Shown: positions 61,801 to 64,000 of the stretch, one piece after another
How the letters are laid out: every line of letters begins with the position of its first letter
Position numbering within the stretch: position 1 is the first letter of the stretch
Assembly (NCBI GenBank): GCA_963924565.1
Contig: OZ004609.1
Location: forward strand, 32,054,001-32,118,000
Length of the DNA stretch: 64,000 bases
From: Ascidiella aspersa
Taxonomy: Eukaryota
Reading direction: 5' to 3'
Notes under the pieces: generated by a model
The model's database searches: none
What the model saw: the letters and a program-made list of their open reading frames with translations, nothing else
What the model was told of the DNA's origin: nothing
Position numbers and translations under genes: made by a program

Positions 61801-64000
61801 TTTCTGTTTATTTATTAAAACAGATAAAACATAAAATCATTTCTTAAAATCTTTCAGAAATATATATTACGCCTATAAGGCATCGTCAGTTTCTGTACAA
61901 AAACAATCATGTAAAAATGCCAATATTGATAGTTAAAAAGTAAAAATATATAAAAAATATAATAAAATTAAAAATTGTAGGATTGCGTATAGGCCTAAAA
62001 TTAAAATAGGCGTAAGATATATTTCTGAAAGATTGTTTTGAGGTTTCGTTTATGAAAACATCAAGACTTGGTCACACCCTTTCGCTTCTGCGTATTGAGT
62101 TTCATCTTCTAGATATAACTACTTTGTAAGGCTGATTTAGGGCGTTGATTTACTGTTGAGACCAAACGCCGTGTACCCTGTTTTCACCTAAGAATAGAAC
62201 CTTTGTGGTGCTTTTAACGTCAAAACAATATGCTGTACGGGTGAATAGCCTCTTCCTTAATATATTTGTTGACCACTAACTGTATTGGAGTAACTCTGGA
62301 GACGAACTAAATCGTCGTGTAAGGTTTTAATCGTATTGTCGAACTCCCCAACTAACTGGTTGTTTAATTCTAGCCCAAATGCACAATTTTTTACACTGGC
62401 AAGATAAACTGTTGGCTTGTTTAAACTTGCACTTGTGCTATTTTAAGAATCGCTTTTTTCGTGGCCTTGTTGGACAAGTAAAGTGTTGCCCGGTAATTAC
62501 GGACGGACATGTTTATCTGCGTTGTGTTCCGGGTGTATTCGCGCTACAAGGAAAGGTTAATCATTGGCCTTCGTATCGGTTTCTGGAAATTGGGCGGCGC
62601 TACACTGTAACTACATTAGTCAAGTGGGTTTACATAGGAGAGGCTGGAAAGCGGAAAGAAGCTTGCAGACAAGATATACGATGCGGCAATTCGTTTTGCA
62701 GCCTACGTGCGGCAACAATTACCCTGTATTGACGGGGATTTGCTTGAACGCAAAACACGTAAGTCGTAAAACTAATGATGTAGCGTTCAGCAGTTGGTTA
62801 GAGATTTCTTATGGATGCGGGTAGTTTAAGTTAACACGGCTAGTCGCCCTTCGATTTTTTTAACATCAAGTTTGCCATTAAACTACGCGTAATTGTGTCG
62901 CTATTTTTTGCCTATTAAAAACTTAGGATTGTTTTAAAGGCGAACTCGCCAGCCAATTTAAAAGCTCAAGTACTAAACACATAACGGCGAGGCAATTGTG
63001 AATCAAGAGTCAAGGCAAAGTCATGATACTCTTTCTATCGCTCGTAGCTATACGAGTTTTAAACCTATCAGGCTTCAGGGCCTGCAACGAAAGTAGTAAA
63101 GCAATGGTCCACCTAAAGTGCTTCAAAGATAAGTGCTTTTTCTCGAATGTATATTCAACGTGACTCTCTACAGCAACTTTAATGACGACGGTTTTGAGTG
63201 AAAGTAGATAAATGCGACATAAAAGCCCTGAAGACATGGCGACCACAAGGCTACGTTATTCGCATCACGTTCGACTCTTACTCAAAACAAATAAAAGTCT
63301 AAAATTGCTGCGGGAAAGTTTTCGCACACCTGTTTGTCGTAAGTGAAAGTTAAACGTGGCCTGGATAGATTTAAGCCAATTTTTTTAATTTTGAGAAAGG
63401 GGTAATTCTCTTAGCGTAGCTGCGATATATCGATGCAAACAAGCGAGGCCTCCGTTCCTTTAAGGATAACGTATCGCTGGTGGAAAAATCAGTTAGGGTT
63501 TTGACAAAAATCTTCTGACCTACCCTAGCTATTACTTTCACTTGCTATATTAAATGCATCTTAAACACCGTAAAACGATAAACATAACAGACTTGAATCC
63601 GAACCAACGTTTAACCTTCAGTCGAAACTAAAATTTTTTACCAAAGCTAGATTGAAATTGTCAAAGACACCAGTTTTCTTTTTAGGCCCACTTATTGTCC
63701 GATGTTCAAACACTCTGGTTCACACATAAAACGTGACAAAAGGGGTGTTTTTCAACGGACAAGTTTATTAGATTATTGGGATAAAAAGGGCATCATTACT
63801 TAGCCTTAAGGAACCCAGGCATTGGTATAGGGCAAAACTGTCGCTTAAAACGCCCGCGTTAGATAAGAAGCCTGAAGCTCCAAAAGTAGCATACAACCAG
63901 TTGTAGCTTTTCAATATTTTTTCTACTTACCTCCGTAATGGCAGCGCTGGTAGTCTTTCTTGGTAACGTTAAAGATGTTGAATTTCGGCGCCACCTGGGC
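52551..64000 (-). CDS. Efna: Ephrin-A-like ligand, paralogue 2 (5' part lies beyond the window)
   Basis: Exons (minus) >64000-63931, 56462-56331, 54962-54888 and 52861-52551 are all GT-AG, phase 1. Motifs: FNIFNVTKKDYQRC, ACNKPDRENKLTLKFQTISPSPLGFRF..EYYF, GCMKNSTRIRIVV, a Thr/Lys/Pro stalk and a C-terminal hydrophobic segment. Confidence 0.93.
54888..54962 (-). CDS. Efna: Ephrin-A paralogue 2, last-strand exon
   Basis: Encodes AVSELRNKAGCMKNSTRIRIVVKCR; acceptor ttttttgcag; donor G|GTAAGC. Confidence 0.9.
56331..56462 (-). CDS. Efna: Ephrin-A paralogue 2, G-H loop exon
   Basis: Encodes DRQKNFIFACNKPDRENKLTLKFQTISPSPLGFRFRYCTEYYFV; acceptor tttttcgccag; donor G|GTGAGT. Confidence 0.95.
60714..61100. 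repeat. Degenerate tandem repeat (~100-150-bp units, about 3 copies) in an ephrin paralogue 2 intron
   Basis: ggccag.ttt.gtggc.tc at ~60715, 60819 and 60956; cgttgttagtac.a.gtag twice. Confidence 0.7.
61848..62034 (-). ncRNA. Hammerhead motif related to family C (61855-61895) with an inverted duplicate of its 3' half
   Basis: Minus strand reads CAGAAA-CTGACGA-T-GCCT(tat)AGGC-GTAA-TATA-TA-TTTCTG with a 6-bp helix I; 28/29-nt inverted repeat 61848-61876/62006-62034. Confidence 0.6.
63931..64000 (-). CDS. Efna: Ephrin-A paralogue 2, partial exon (homologous to exon 2 of paralogue 1)
   Basis: Encodes AQVAPKFNIFNVTKKDYQRCHYG; donor G|GTAAGT. Confidence 0.9.

Overview
Eukaryotic, AT-rich animal genomic DNA with GT-AG introns. 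It is probably from an invertebrate chordate such as a tunicate; this is inferred from the tandem GPI-type ephrins and MITE types and is not proven. Three spliced genes were reconstructed by hand. (1) A 7-exon, 356-aa opsin on + (2384..8917) that most resembles rhabdomeric/Gq (melanopsin/squid-type) opsins. It keeps the retinal-binding residues (K296, C110-C187, acidic 181, W265) but has replaced nearly every G-protein activation microswitch. (2) A complete 5-coding-exon, 248-aa GPI-type ephrin-A on - (15586..33035) with a 14.5-kb intron. (3) A second tandem ephrin-A paralogue on - (52551..>64000), 5' truncated by the window. Non-coding DNA carries hAT-type MITEs with 8-bp TSDs, a foldback element, satellites and a diverged ~0.55-kb duplication of the ephrin 3' region. 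It also holds eight minimal type-I hammerhead-ribozyme-like motifs in at least three families. Four sit next to an inverted copy of their own 3' tail, as in Penelope-like pseudo-LTRs, and two lie sense-strand in opsin introns. All calls are by eye; no searches or folding programs were run.
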